A stretch of DNA of 64,000 nt from Lytechinus pictus (Eukaryota): NCBI RefSeq assembly GCF_037042905.1, contig NC_087250.1:10294001-10358000 (forward strand), in the 5' to 3' direction. Under the pieces are notes generated by a model. It ran no database searches. It was not told the DNA's origin and worked only from the letters and a program-made list of their open reading frames with translations. Below, in pieces: positions 1 to 14,297 of this stretch; positions within the stretch are counted from its first letter, which is position 1; each line of letters starts with the position of its first letter. The position numbers were made by a program, and so were the translations under genes.

Positions 1-866
1 GGGGGGGGGGGCTCATGGGACGGGAAAATGCTTATATACATTCATTCTTTCAATTTGCGTAGTTGTTACGTCTTTGTTTTATTATTTGCTTTAGCTGCAT
101 ACATTAGTTGTTGAAATGTTATTTTTGTATGATTTCGGATTATGTCACTGTTCTGATACAATTTGCCTGCTATGTTTATTACACTGTTATTTAATTTGTG
201 TATTGCACTGCTGCAATTATCATTTTGTTTTATGTTTTCTTGATTATGTATGTATGAAATTTATTTGAATGAATAATAAAGATCACTACAAAACAAAAAA
301 AAAAGCAGTGTCGTCCTTGACCATGTTGACTCTGGACAAATGATATATTTGCATTTTTTTGTCTCGCCCGAATCTTAAGACGATGTTCTGTCCGGTCCAC
401 GAGCTTTCGACAATGACCCTCTAATCTGTCCATGTAATTTGATGGGCATTTTCAATAGATTCTGAACGTTGCAGAAATTGTATGCGAAGTTTTTTAATGC
501 TGCGTCCTTTGAACTGGTTTCATAAGTAGGCCTATTTTTTTCATAATGCGTAATGCGTGGTACGGTATATTTCACATAACGGAAACCAACCCAAATCTAA
601 CTTCTAAGTGAAAAATACCAGTTCAATATTTAGAACACGTTTAGTTAGATGATTATAAGTAATTGGGTTGTATAGTGTTAAGTGCAACGAAAATATTTTA
701 ATAGGCGCTATATAAATCATATTATGAGGGAGTGTGAACAAAATCAGAGAAATAATAAAGTTTATGACTTTGTGTGCTTATAGTCATACTAGGGAACCTC
801 CATCATCTGAGCTTTACAATGTGTCCTTCAAAAAAGAAAACCTGTTCCATTTTTCCCCTCTTTATA

Positions 867-1150
867 CACTGTTAGAAAATTTATCCTCAAAATAAAAGAA
901 GTTCCTGCAGCAAAGTCTCGAGAACACCTGTAATCTTACCAGATCATGATTGTAAAATTACAGGAAATTGGTATTTGGTGTATGGAACCTTACAAATTTC
1001 CTTTGATAAAACACACTTTTCCCCTTTTTAAACAGACCTGTTCTGTTAAATTGCAGAAAAAATAATGTTTTATGAATTTACAGAATGATCCTGTTACTGC
1101 TTTCTGCAAAATCTTTTTTTTTTCTGTAAAATCATGGTTTTTTAACAGTG
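867..1150. mobile_element. MITE with CACTGTTA...TAACAGTG termini and TA flanks (CMC/EnSpm-like)
   Basis: Terminal inverted repeats and TA on both sides; no ORF. Confidence 0.7.
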
Positions 1151-1319
1151 TAGATAGATTCATATTAAAAGAAATTCTTATTCTGTCGCAAATCTCATTA
1201 TTATAAAACGTCCATATACGTGATTACATCGGACTCTGACAGTATTAATCCAATCAATCATGTAATAAGTTCAGTAAGTTGTCTTAAGGATAATTGTAAA
1301 AAAACAAAACAAAAAACAA

Positions 1320-2100
1320 ACAAGTGGAACGCCTCTGGCAGTCTTGCCTATATTACGTGATTCAATATAGTAGCAGTGCTGACTTTGATAACAGCTATTG
1401 AATAATATTGTTATTCACAAAAGAAAATAATAAAATACTAGGTCCATTGACCCAACATGACGTTTGACAATAATCACGTGACCTAAGACGTGTGCAAAAC
1501 GATAACCCTAATGTCTATGTTTCATGAACTACATGTGTAATTGATGCCAATTCAAATGACCTTTGTCCTGTGAACTGAATCTCGGGCAGGATGTTCAGTA
1601 ATCCTTGATTAACCTTATGTCCAAGTTTCATGAACCAGATCCATAAACTTTCAAAGTTATGATGGAAATCAACAAATATCCCCAATATGGCCATAGTTCA
1701 TTTACCCTAAATGACCCTTGACCTTGGTCATGTGACCTGAAGCTCAGGCAGGATTGTCTTGATTGCCCTATATGTCCAAGTTTAATGAACCAGGTCCATA
1801 AACACTTTAATTTATGATGACATCTCAAAAACTTAACCTTCGGTTAAGATTTTGATGTTGATATCCCCAACATGGTCTAAGTTCGTTGACCCTGAATGAC
1901 CTTTGTCATGTGACCTCAAACTCTAGCAGGATGTTCAGTAATACTTGATAACCATTATATACTCTATACTCTCTAAGTTATGATGACATTTTCAACAACA
2001 AAAAACATTTGATTGGTTAAGATTTTATGTTGACGAAGCCGCCGCCGTCGTCGGAAAAGCGGTGCCTATATATATTCTCGCTCTGCTATGCAGGCGAGAC
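1320..2100 (+). mobile_element. Helentron-associated (HINE/DINE-1-like) non-autonomous element, family 1, short copy
   Basis: Shares the ACAAGTGGAACGCCTCTGGCAGTCT head, TGACC-rich internal repeats and the CTCTGCTATGCAGGCGAGAC end with 27654-28992; sits in an A-rich site. Confidence 0.75.
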
Positions 2101-2827
2101 AAAAAAAAACTTTAATGAAGTGTCCATTATTGAAGATATCCGAGGACCAAGCATTGTCGAAGTACTGTTAAATCCTTGTGGAACTCCATTTTGAATGACG
2201 GCATGTGTCTTGAGCTTAACGCCATTGCACGCCATTTCACAAATCGATTTCCTGCTCATGCACAGAATGCAATTAGTAGGAACGTTTTGGAAAGACATGT
2301 TCACGTTTGATCTTGCCAGAGCAAAAAAAAAAGAATAAGTGACTGGTAGTAAGCCTACGCTTACGACTATATCTGATCACTTATCATAATATTTCGTGCC
2401 ATTTCTTTATTTCAAGAATTTGTTTCACTGATTTTATTAAGTGCCCCTATTGATTCAGGAATAATATTAAGGGGGTGCCAATTAACCATTATTTTGCGTC
2501 GTCTCTCATCGACTGTGTGTTATAATTGGCTAGTCTTAAGAAATATACCTTTTGTTATAATTATTCGAAATACAGACTACAGAGCACAAATTAGCCTATA
2601 TTTTTATTTCCATAGAGAAATTGAATTTTTTTCGAGAGAATAGGCATTAAGTTAGTATGTATTAAGTATCTCTGAAGTAGGGTGTTGTAATTTAAGTGGT
2701 CCTATATTACAAGACTACACTGCTGAAAATGTTGCATTGTGGGTAGCAAACCTGGCCAGAGAGAGGTAGTTGAGGACTCGAGGTAGGGATATTAAGGCAG
2801 CTGGTTCGTATGCCCTTTAAATTATGT

Positions 2828-3706
2828 GGCCCGTATTCTGAAGTCGGGTTTAACTTCAAGGGATGGTCTGGGCTGAAAGTATTTACAGCGTAATGCCGAA
2901 ATGCCGAAAATTTCATCAAAATCGGATAACAAATAAGAAAGTTATTGAATTTTAAAGTTTAGCAATATTTTTTTTAAACAGTCGTCATGAATACTCATTA
3001 GGTGGGCTGATGATTTCACATCCCCACTTGTTCTTTTGTATTTTATTATATGAAATCATATAGGTTTATTCAAATTTTTTCCTCCAAGAACTATAAAAAT
3101 TGGATTGACAACTGATTTAGTGCATTAGATATTTATTGCTGCAACTTATTTCTATAAGTGAGACATATTATTCACACAAGTATGAAATAATGAAAAAATT
3201 TATGATTTTATGTAATAACATAAGAAAACGGAAAGTAGAGATGTGACATCATCAGCCCATCTAATGAATATTCATGACGACTGTTTTTTACAAAATATCG
3301 CTGAACTTTTAACTTCCTAATAACTTTATTTGTTATCCGATTTTGATGAAATTTTCAGCATTTTGCTCAGTGAATTCTACTCTATGTATTAAAATAGAAA
3401 TATTTTCAGCCCGGACCATCCCTTTAAACTCAGGATTAAAGTTGAAGTTTAAGTATGGGAAGCCAAAAGTATCAAAATTTTTATCAAGTTGCATGTTTCT
3501 GTTGTTAACTGTGCTCTTTCCTGATTCATCGATGGTGAAGACAATCATCTATTTATACTTCCTACACAATTATAAATGATACGAGAACCGAATGAGCGGA
3601 AGTATGATATTCCTTCTGTTAGTGCTTATGTAACAATTGGCTATCCATACTTAAACCACAACTTTAAACCTGAGTTTAAGTTAAACCCGACTTCAGAATA
3701 CGGACC
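2828..3706. mobile_element. PIF/Harbinger-like MITE (TIR GGCCCGTATTCTGAAGTCGGGTTTAAC) interrupted by a TTAA-target element
   Basis: TIRs, 3-bp TSD TGT; uninterrupted copies at 29647-29958 and 31310-31620. Confidence 0.85.
2859..3423. mobile_element. Kolobok-like MITE (AGGGATGGTC...GACCATCCCT, TTAA target), nested
   Basis: TIRs; flanks ttca/ttaa at the host's TTAA; relatives at ~47420-47830 and ~48405-48996. Confidence 0.85.
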
Positions 3707-4816
3707 TGTGAAATTGCCATGCGCTTCATATGCCATTCATGTGTAAATTCATGCGTAACTTCACAAACATGTATAACGTTCTATAACTGACCAAGAGAGA
3801 AAAAGCAGGACAAAATGTTCAAGACTTCTTTCTTTTCATAAAAACGTACTTTATTGTTGCAATCTAAAAAGGCAGAGGAGTTATTTTTTCCCCTTTTTTT
3901 CATAAAAAATACTGCCCAAGATATTAAATATGACGCAAAATACATTCATCTGTATAACAAAGGGGGAAGGGGCATAAGCCTCTCCTTTTTTTTTTGACAA
4001 ATACAAATTGGCATAAAAAACAACGAAGCAGAGTACATAATTGAACCTGATACAACTTAATTTGATTATAAGATGGCTCATTTCCAAGTGAACAAAATTA
4101 TGTTCCTATTAAGTACAACATAATATACATGCATACACTGAATAGCATATTCCGCATCCATTCAAATAACATGCATCGTTTTCCAACAATACAAATAAAA
4201 TGAGCTGAAACACATAAAGATAAATACCAGTTGTGGTAACGATCTCAGAAAGAGTTCGAACAGAATATAGTAAAAAGACCACCAAAGTGTTTGTATGTAT
4301 AGATAAAAAAAAATATGTGCCAAATGGCTCTGGGGAAAAAAAGATGTACAAGTGCTGAGAAATGAGCAAATACGCACAGAATTCCAGAAAATGTCGGGTA
4401 TTTTTCCAAACAATATTAATACACTGCCCCACATACACATTTTTGTGTTAGTGATCATCAGAATTGATCATTTTCAGCTAAGATTTCATGATTTCACAAA
4501 GATAAGTTTATTTCAATGTACCACAACTAGATCTATGATACTATGGTAGAATTTGACCTTGATTCTAAAGACTTTCTCATGAAATCATTGTTAGCTGCAA
4601 CTACTTTCTTTTACCTTTAAGAGAGCATTTATTATTTTTTTTTCATGAGACGATATTCAAGACGGAGCTTGAGCTTTGTCATTGATGGCTTGAAATCTGT
4701 TGGTGCCACAATATGACTTCAGATGAATAAGCATGGAAATGCAATGCGTAAGGGGGTGCTCCAAGCTGAACATAATATGGTTTGAATAGATGATAAAGTG
4801 ATTTTGCCATGGAAGT

Positions 4817-5108
4817 GGAAGCGCCGTGGTGTAGCGGTTCCAACTCTCACCTTGTAATCAGAGGGTCGTGTGTTCGAATCCCACCATGGCCTAGCGTCCC
4901 TTGGCAAGGCGTCAATCCACACTTTGCCACTCTCACCCAGGTGCTAATTGGGTACCGGTAGGAAACAACCGTCATTGTGGTTGGTTTAGCAAGTGTGCAC
5001 CTAATAGGCTGCTTGAAATATGAATCCAGGTACCGGGTAATAATAATTGCGAAGCGCTTGAGCAGTTGTAGATTGATAAAGCGCTATATAAATGCCAATT
5101 ATTATCAT
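4817..5108 (+). mobile_element. tRNA-derived SINE
   Basis: A box TGGTGTAGCGG, B box GTTCGAATCC, central CACCCAGGTG...GGGTACCGG core (MetaSINE-like), GCGCTATATAAAT plus (ATT)n tail. Confidence 0.85.
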
Positions 5109-5609
5109 TTCAGACAAACAACACTGAAAATGTAATCAAAGTCGGAACAGCAATAACAGAGTTATGACATTCTAAAGCTTTGCAATACTTTAGAGAAACA
5201 GTTCTCTGTATCAGTGCTGTCATGAATATGCAATGAGCAAGCTGATGATGTCATATCCCTACTTGTCCTGTTGTATTTGACTATATGAAATTATATTTAT
5301 TTAAATTTTGACCGCGAAGACTGAACAAAAAAAATTGATTGACAACATGATGTAATACACAAGATATTCATTTCTGTTTGATATCAAATCCCCAAACTTG
5401 TAGGGTAAATGTTCACAGAATCCTTTGGAAGGAAATTAAAAATATCACTATGAGAGAGAGAGGGCACTAGATATGTTTGATTTGAATATTCAAATGTTCA
5501 CAGAATATCGGCAGTTGAAACAAACTTCAGACGGCTGGCTCCTTATGTTTTTTTTTAGATTGGAATGTTAAATGGCACTCAAATATATGTCACATTTTTT
5601 ACCCATTAA

Positions 5610-6213
5610 AGGTCAAGTCCACCCCAGAAAAATGTTGATTTGAATAAATAGAGAAAAATCAAACTAGCATAATGCTGAAATTTTCATCAAAATCGGATGT
5701 ACATGTAGTATAAGAAAGTTATGACATTTTAAAGTTTCGCTTATTTTTCACAAAACAGTGATATGCATAACCCAGTGACATGCAAATGAGAAAGTCGGTG
5801 ATGTCCCTCACTCACCAATTCTTTTGTTTTTTATTGTTTGAATTATACAATATTTCATTTTTTACAGATTTGACAATAAGGACCAACTTGACTAAACCAT
5901 ATAGTATTAAAGTAATACTAATTCTACACGCTCAGAGAGGAATTAATTGTTGTTTCACTTGACATTGAGGAGAAAATTAGTATATTTCATATTTCACATA
6001 ATAAAATACAAAAGAAATAGTGAGTGGATGATGTCATCAGTCTTCTCATTTGCATACCGACCAGGATGTGCATATAACTGTTTTGTGAAATTAAGTGAAA
6101 CTTTAAAACTTTCTTTTATTTTACATCCAATTGTGATGAAATTTTCAGTGTCATGCTTGTTAGATTTTTCTCTTGTTATTCAATTCAAGGTGTTGTTAGG
6201 GTGGACTTGTCCT
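5610..6213. mobile_element. Kolobok-like MITE (AGGTCAAGTCCACCC...GGGTGGACTTGTCCT), TTAA TSD
   Basis: TIRs and TTAA on both sides; same family at 40427-41020 and 49765-50351. Confidence 0.88.
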
Positions 6214-7581
6214 TTAACAAAGCTCACATTAATAATCGGCATCTTTGAATTTAGGCCAAATGGACATGCCCCAAAGACCTCAGTGACCCCCTTCAAGGGC
6301 AGCATGAAAACACACCTCTATGAGAGTGTTTTTTTGATAGACATTGACTTGTTGTTCAGACATGAATTATATGTAAATAGCTTTTGTTGTTGTTCTGCTC
6401 TGAAGCGCCTTGAGCATCTACTCAAGATAATTAGTGGCGTGCGTTATATAACTTGTTTTTATCAACAGTCTCTCATATTGAGGTATATCCATTAATAATA
6501 CAGAGAATAATTTAGCTTGTGATTGTATTTGCAGACCTGCCAACCTTTTACAAAAAAAAGGATTCTAAGAAGGAAAAAAAATATTTTTTGACAAAAAAGA
6601 GAATCCTTAAAAATTTGTCTCAATGTAACAATCGCCAGCCTGTTGTAGTGAGATTGGTGAAAAAAAGTGAAATGACTGTACTTGAAAACTTGATAATTCA
6701 CCCTTTTAAGCATGTGCTCGTAGGCAAGAATTTACTTGTTCTTTTCATGCAACAAGTTACTGGCCGGACAGTGATTTTTACCTGTCTGGGACCGTTGGAC
6801 CGGCACTAGTGTCACATAATACATACTCCATGATTGGAAATTTTAAGAAAAGTAACAAATCATACAAAAAAAGTATTGGTGTATTCATAGCAAAAAAGAG
6901 GAACAAATACTTTTAAAAGGGAACGGTTGGCATGTCTGCATTTGTATAGAGAAAATAAAATGATTTGACAAGAACATAATTGTTGTTTTTACTGGGTAAC
7001 ATAATCGATGCCGTGTGAATCTATTGAGTGGTAAATGAGCCTGTTATCATTGAAGTGTGCCTATTTTACAAGACTACTCTGCTCAGAATGCTGCATTATG
7101 GGATAAGAACAGGGCCAGATAAGAGTAGTAGAGGACTTGGGGTGGTGCTATTCAGGTTGTTTGTTGGTTTGTATCTGCTTTAAAGAAATCGCTAACAATA
7201 ATAATCAAGAAAATGAAAGAAAAAATGGGTCATTCCATCCATGGGGTTGGGGCTGATGTCCATGTAACGGTGGTATCAGCTTTTTCATTTCACAGAGAAG
7301 ATCAGTTCAAATGGGGTTAAGTTTGGATGTGTCAATTCAAAGATGACGTCCAATCATAGTAATTCTGTTGGATAATGGGATCTTTAATGGATTTGCTGCA
7401 AAACGAATACGAAGTTTTACCTCCGTTACATGGACATCACATTGGCAATAAATTCTCAGGTGTGAATCTGCAATACATCATGATGATGCTTGGGAAGTAA
7501 AACTTGGTGAGACACCATTTATTTTTGCTGGTAATTCTATGCACACATTTGCCTTCTTTACATGAGACACGGTTTTGGAGT

Positions 7582-7853
7582 TGGGGCCCGTCTTTAATAC
7601 AAAGACTGATCTGATCTATCGCAACTATGGAAAGCCAGCAAAGTCAATATATGAAATGCATGTTTGCTCAAAAAAATTTCTAGATATGAATGTATATCCA
7701 TAAATTCATTGATTTCTTGACATTTCGGTGTGTTCTCCTTTGTTTACAAAGGACATTTTGCACATTTCCTGTAGAAAGAAATTATGACAATGATGGATTT
7801 CCATAGAGTTATGATTGATTGGATCAATCGTAACTCTATGTAAGACGGGGCCC
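7582..7853. mobile_element. Harbinger-like MITE (GGGCCCCGTCTTACAAAGAG family)
   Basis: TIRs; further copies at 9725-12567, ~18143-18725, 24444-24717 and 53346-53628. Confidence 0.75.
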
Positions 7854-8077
7854 TGGTATGTCATGAAAATTGCCCCAACCCCATGGAATGACCCAAATAC
7901 AAACAAGAACAAAGGATGGCAAGTATTAAATACAAATTATACATGGTTAATAATCATTCCAATATTTGAAATGCTAAGAATTAAACCCCCAAAAAAAATA
8001 AAAATGAGAGAACATTCACTTCATTATCCTCTGTTAGGTTGTTATGGGTAGCTGCCTTACAACAGCCAACAGTTAAC

Positions 8078-8422
8078 TCTCAATCACTCAAAAAAATATG
8101 ATTGATATATTGATATAATGATCCAATTATGAAACAAATCATTTGCAAAAGTCCCTTAAAAAAAGGGTACTGCTATACCCCTATAAGATTAGAGTAATCT
8201 AGAAATATTCACTGCCAATTTACACTCGATAAAGGTCAGTACTTTCTCAATCACTACAATTAAGGCCTCGGCAGAAAATATGATTGGTCTACGATCCAAT
8301 TATGGAACAAATCAATCCCAAAAGTCCCTTAAAAAAGGGGTACTGCAATACCCCTATAAGATTAGAGTATTCTGGAAATATTCATTGCCAATTTACACTT
8401 GATAAAGGTCAGTACTTTCTCA
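8078..8422. repeat. ~173-bp diverged tandem duplication
   Basis: gatccaattat at 8120 and 8293, followed by matching sequence to ggtcagtactttctca. Confidence 0.9.
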
Positions 8423-9724
8423 GGCCATAGAAGACGATGTAATGTTTGTGAATTTTGCCCAATAACTTGACGCGTTCCCTTGAAATCATACTAGGAAGAG
8501 AAATGAGAGTATAATTATTCTATACAAACCTTGCTCAGATTTTTATTGTACTAGTATCTTGTTCAATGTTTAACGAGATATAAAATGGAAATTAATCACT
8601 GAATCCCTAATTTGGCAATGCAATTGAATTGCTGAATCACTGTTGCTCAATCCAAATTGGCAACTTTCTTTCTTCTACATATTTTCTTAACCAATCTCTA
8701 TTTTTTTCTGATATATGAACTTTAACTGAAATACTGAAGCTAGGAAATAAAATACTATTTCCAATTTGATAGAAAAAAAGCTCATCAAACAAGGATCTAA
8801 CATTTCTCTGTCGCACTCTATGCACTGAGATAAACATTTGTTTACTTTTAACCAAAATATTAAACAAAAAGCAAAAAAAAAAAAATTAAAACCACCTTGC
8901 ATACGAAGTCTTGCTGGCTCAAAATGAACTAGAATAAACTGTAAATTTACACAGCTTTCAAAAGCAAGCTGGGAGCGGCAGCGATATCTGTAAGGAGTAA
9001 AGGCAAACTTTTACATCTAAACACTATCAATTATTGTACAATGCCTATTATTGAAGCTTGTTGTAAGTGAGTGTATGGGGGATGAAATGTACTTACGTTC
9101 TTATCACAATAAAAAATCTTTCTCCGAATAGTAATAAGTTTTATTTCCTCTAAAAGAAAGAATCTTACAAGATATTCTTCAGAGTAGGATAAACTATCCT
9201 GCACTTTCATTGCCGGATTTATCTCCAATAAATAGCAACATTTCGGGAGCCCTAATCCCCAAATATAACAGAAAGAGGGATGTATGAGCAAACATGATTA
9301 AGTGGGAACAACTGATCAATGAGCAAGAAAATTTGGGGATTGATGACGAGGGCTCATTCAAGCATATTATGAGAGAGACAGAAAGAAAAGGAAATGGCTG
9401 AAATTGCTTTTAAAAAATAAAATGCTACTAAATCAATGTAAAAATATATTCATAAGTACATTGCTGATAAGGATGAATGAAAACTCCAAGTGCTAACAGG
9501 TGATATTGAACATTTCAAGGAAAAAAAACAGAAACTGGTGAAAGATAAAATTTTCACAAAACAGTATTATCTCCAACTAAAAACAGCTCAAACAGACAGA
9601 CATGTGAATATTCAAAGTTATTACTCGACGCTGTGGAGAAATACACAGGTATAACTTGCAATGTCTCTGCAGGCATAGTCAGTACAAACTGAAAGAACAA
9701 GCAAAATACAAATCACAAACCCAA

Positions 9725-12567
9725 GGGCCCTGTCTTACAAAGAGTTGCGATTGATCCCATCAACTATGGAAAGTCAGCAACGCCAACATCTAAAATGCAT
9801 AATAATAAGATAAATTTTCTAGAACATGCTGTTTATTCATACATTCATTGCGTTCTTGTAAGGGGAGGGTGCGTCTCTTTGTTTACAAAGGATATTGCGC
9901 AAATTTCCTTTGTAGAAAAAAAATGACACTGATGGATTTTCATACATATGATCTTGATCGGATCAATCGTATCTCTTTGTAAGACGGGGACCAGGGCCCG
10001 TCTTAAAAAGAGATACGATTGATCCAATCAATCATAACTCTATGGAAATCCATCAGTGTCATAATTGTTTCTACAGGAAAGTTGCAAAATGTCCTTTGTA
10101 AACAAAGGCGAACACACCAAATTGTCAAGAAAACAATGAATGTATGAATATACAGTGCGTCCCAAAAAAAACTATACACTTTTGAAATGGCTGCCAAATA
10201 AAAAAATGTACCACTTTGGGGGAAAAGACTTATAGATATGGAAAGCCTATAAAGTCAACTTTCAAATGACACCAAAAAGTTGGAAAACTTTTCATGCTTG
10301 AGCGAGCACTGCCCACTGAAACAAAGGGTATGAAAATTAGGGTGGGCTGGAATTAGCCTTCCAATTTCTTTCAGTTTTTTTGTGTTTGGTACTTGCAAAG
10401 TTGATGGTTATTTGGTGAATTAAAGATCAGTTGTGATCAGTTTGTTGTTTGTGAAAATTTAATGCGTTATTAAATTGAAATTTAATGCATGAGTGATCAT
10501 GAATTGGGTGCAGCATTTTGTCTTATCATGTGGATCTCAACAATGTGTTCACAACAGTCAGGAGAAGAGGGGGTAATATGACTTAGGTAGGTGAAGTACG
10601 TTGATGGGATAAAGGTCAACAGAACATTTAGCAACCCCTCTCTCAATCTCACCCCCCCCCCCCCCCCCCGCTTCTCTCCTCCTGAGAGACTAAGCTCAGC
10701 TAAAGTAGGATGGGCAGGAATTAGCCTTACAGTTTTTTGAGTGGTTAGTCCTTTGGAACTTGTTAAGCTAAATTAATGAGTGAGATAAGTTTTGGTTTCT
10801 TAGGCAAATCTCATGAGTTACTAAATTGAAATGTAATGCATGAGTGAACAGGAATTGTAATTTTATTGTCGCATATTCATCTTGTGAACCTCAAAAGTGT
10901 GTTCGTGAGAGTCAGAGTAATGTGATGGTACCCGTTACAAGCAAGAGGGCGAGATATGCTAAGACTTGGTTAAAAGGGCATTCCTCTTCTTTTTTTTCCT
11001 TTTACAAATTAAAAGTCATATGTACCCTCCCCTCTCCACCTCCATTTCCCAGCCCCCCCCCCCTCTCTCTGTCTCACTTCCTGCATCATTTGTAGCCTAT
11101 TCAAAACTTAACTGCCAAGTGACCGGTGGCTGATGGTCAGTTTTTTTTTTCAATGACTACCAAGAAATTTAATGATTATGATGATTAATGAAATAATTAA
11201 TTGAAAAAAACTGAATGTTTGATTGATCACATTGCACATTGAATAAGTTGATTTACTGATAAATTGTTGATTAAATGATTGATAGGAAAAAGTTGATGTC
11301 CCAATTCAGAATTAATCATTAAATCAACATTCTGCTCTGGACTTCACGCGTACATGACAATAGCCATCAGTCTCTCAACAGGAGGGAGGGCGGGAGAGAG
11401 GGAGGGGGCGGGGGCTGAATGTTCTGTTGACCCTTATTCCATCAACCTACTTCTCTCACTTAAGTCCTATCTCACCCCCTATTCTCCCGACGCCCATGAA
11501 CACATTGCTGAGATCCACATGATAAATTTGAAATGCTGCCCAAAAAGAGATCCAAATGATAAAGTTTAAATGCTCCCCAAAAAGTGTACCTTGTGTTCAC
11601 TCATGCATTGAAGTTCAATTTAATAATTTATAAAATTTGCTTAAGCAACCAAAACTGGTCATGGTTGATCATTAATTTATCACATCGCCCTTAACTTTGC
11701 AAGTTCGAAAGGATTTGCCTCTCAAAAACTTACATAAATTGGAAGGCTAATTCCAGCCCACCCTAATTTTCATACCCTTTGTTTCAGTGGGCAGTGCTCG
11801 CTCAAGCATGAATAGTTTTCCAACTTTTTGGTGTCATTTGAAAGTTGACTTTATTGGCTTTTCATATATGTAAGTCTTTTTCCCCAAAGTGCTACATTTT
11901 TTATTTGGCAGCCATTTCAAAAGTGTATAGTTTTTTTTGGGACGCACTGTACATCATATCTAGAAAATTTTTGAACATGCATTTTAGATATGGGCATTGC
12001 TGGCTTTCCATACATGTAGTTTCCTGGGGCCCCGTCTTACAAAGAACTACGAACAGGATCCCGTCTTACAAAGAGTTACGATTGATCCAATCAATCTCAA
12101 ATGTATGGAAATCCATCAATACCATAATTTTTCTTGAGGAAATTTACACAATGTCCTTTCAAAACAAAGAGAAGCATAACGAATTGTCAAGAAACAGTGA
12201 ATATACGAATATACATCATTTCTAGAAAATAATTTTTAAAAATTTGCGTTTTAGATGTTGACGCTGCTGGCCATCCATAGTTGTGATCGATCAGATCAAT
12301 CGCAACTCTTCATAAGACGGGGCCCTGCTGATCAACCTCAACCATATGGAAATCTAACATCAGAATTTTTCAACAGGAAATTTGCAGTGTGTCCTTTTTG
12401 TAAACAAAGAGGAGCATACTAAAATTGTAAAGAAAATTATGAATGTATGAATATACATCATATCTAGAAAACATTTTGAGCGAGCATACATTTTATGTAA
12501 TGACATTGTTGGCTTTCCGCAGCTGTGGCTGACTGGATCAATCGCAACTCTTTGTAAGAAGGAGCCC
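9725..12567. mobile_element. Stack of about four Harbinger-like MITEs, one interrupted by a Tc1/mariner-like foldback element
   Basis: Copies at ~9725-9992, 9994-12020, 12026-12325 and ~12330-12567. Confidence 0.8.
10153..11949. mobile_element. Non-autonomous Tc1/mariner-like foldback element, 1.8 kb
   Basis: TA-CAGTGCGTCCC...GGGACGCACTG-TA; near-perfect inverted repeats over about 200 bp and weaker pairing beyond; no transposase ORF. Confidence 0.9.
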
Positions 12568-12690
12568 TAGTCTATTCCCCCCTCCCACCCACCCCCTGAC
12601 GACTCACCAACTGCTCCATTGGCTACATTGTATTTCAGGTTAGATGATTGAGCCTTATGGGAATTTCAGGTGCTATTTTTCAGTTTTCCA

Positions 12691-13004
12691 GGGGCAGATT
12701 GACGGAAAGGGTCTTTCCAAGGATCGTGTTTCATGTTGCCCATCTTTTATGATGCGCTGTATGTGGGATATTTCAGAAATTCATGATAAACAAATAAAAT
12801 TCGTAGGCTAGCATTAGAATGAATTTTCATACAATTTCTTGAGATATCACATTATTTTATGAACAATGATTTTGTTTATTCTTACAGACGAATAAAATAT
12901 GTTTGCAGGTAATTTATTGAAAATGCGTTTCACATGGCGCATCATAAAAAATGGGTGACACGAAAGACAGTTCTTTTAAAAGACCCTTTCGTGCAATCGG
13001 CCCC
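12691..13004. mobile_element. MITE (GGGGCAGATTGACGGAAAGGGTCTTT...AAAGACCCTTTCGTGCAATCGGCCCC)
   Basis: Imperfect TIRs, no ORF. Confidence 0.6.
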
Positions 13005-13370
13005 TGGGCTCTCAGTGGCATTTTGGGGGTGAATTCGCCCCGAACCTCCTTGTAAACCCTACCCCCCTTGCTGTGTGCAACCTATACTGGAAAGGAAAGG
13101 AGTATACACTATACATGCTAGAGCATTATACAAGAGTTGACAAATACATTTATATACATCATCTACTGAGAAATATTGCATTATAAAAATAGATTACTTG
13201 TCATTTTTTTTTAATCTGTACTGGCAGTGTGTACTTAATAACGTAAGGAAGCATCACGTATGTATACTCGTCATTGTCATGGAATAAAAACTCTTATAAA
13301 ATGGTGATATGCATCCTAATTAAATGATTGGTTGAACTGTGTCATGTGACCATTCAGGCATGACTCTCAC

Positions 13371-13783
13371 AATTGGGTGAATTCACAATAAGGCCTAACG
13401 TGCGCCAGCTATTGGATGCATCGGACAGGCCAAAATTCGCAATGTCTCATGGGTAAAAGTTGAGTGCACTGGAGTGCATGCATGTGATATGCTGCGCTGG
13501 CCGATGCGGTACGGCCGGCTTGCATAAAATTATGCTGTTTACCAGGATCCAGGAGGTGGGAGAAAAATTCTCTGCATATTTCTTTGGGAAATTTAGACTG
13601 TTTTCGGTGAATTCTTCCTCCGCTTTTAACCAATGGTTTTCATTTTTGAAGCATCACGGTCACAATACAGTACACAAGGACTGTGCGCTGCCTGCTCCTG
13701 CATGAAGTGTCGACCCCGAAGTTAGAAATTGGCCTGTCTGCTGCATCCGACCGATGGCGCATAGGAATGTGAATCCACCTAAT
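13371..13783. mobile_element. MITE with GGTGRATTCACA...TGTGAATCCACC termini, unclassified
   Basis: Imperfect ~60-bp TIRs; second copy at ~26065-26442 with shared internal sequence. Confidence 0.7.
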
Positions 13784-13926
13784 TCACTATATGTAAAACA
13801 ATACCCCAAGGATACTAAGGGTTAATACTGACTAATCAGTACTCTATGGATGGGATGCTAAATCAAAGCATCTCCAAATTGAAAAAGCAATATTTTAGAA
13901 ATATGGCATTTGTGGCAATCTCATAT

Positions 13927-14297
13927 GCCCGAATTCGCAAAGGTGGTCTTGAAAACCCACTGTTGAGTCCATGGTTTATGCAGATTTCCTGTATAAATTA
14001 CGCTTAATTTGGGGCACATCGGGCACGTACATAAAAAATTCCAATGCTGATGCGGGCTTTTGTCACAGTGCGCCAAATTGACGCCTGTTACCATGGTTAG
14101 ATACAGTGGACTCGTGAATAAAATAGCGTGGATAACCACGGCAACAGGGGTCAATTTGGCGCACTGTGACAAAAGCATGCATCAGCATTGGACATTTTTA
14201 ATATACGCCGTAAAATAAGCGTAACTTAAACAGGAAATCTGCATAAACAATGGACACAACCGTGGGTTTTCAAAACTACCTTTGTGATTTCGGACCA
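13927..14297. mobile_element. Palindromic Harbinger-like MITE
   Basis: Inverted halves around ~14110; half copy at ~26900-27097. Confidence 0.7.

Noticed and set aside
4817..4890. tRNA genes here and at 16476, 35413, 37095 and 60940
   Set aside because: Degenerate tRNA-like heads, mostly continuing into a shared SINE body and tail; not convincing functional tRNAs.
5947..6495. 182-aa ORF, and similar ORFs at 40635, 3343 and 47297
   Set aside because: Lie in non-autonomous MITE sequence; no transposase motifs.
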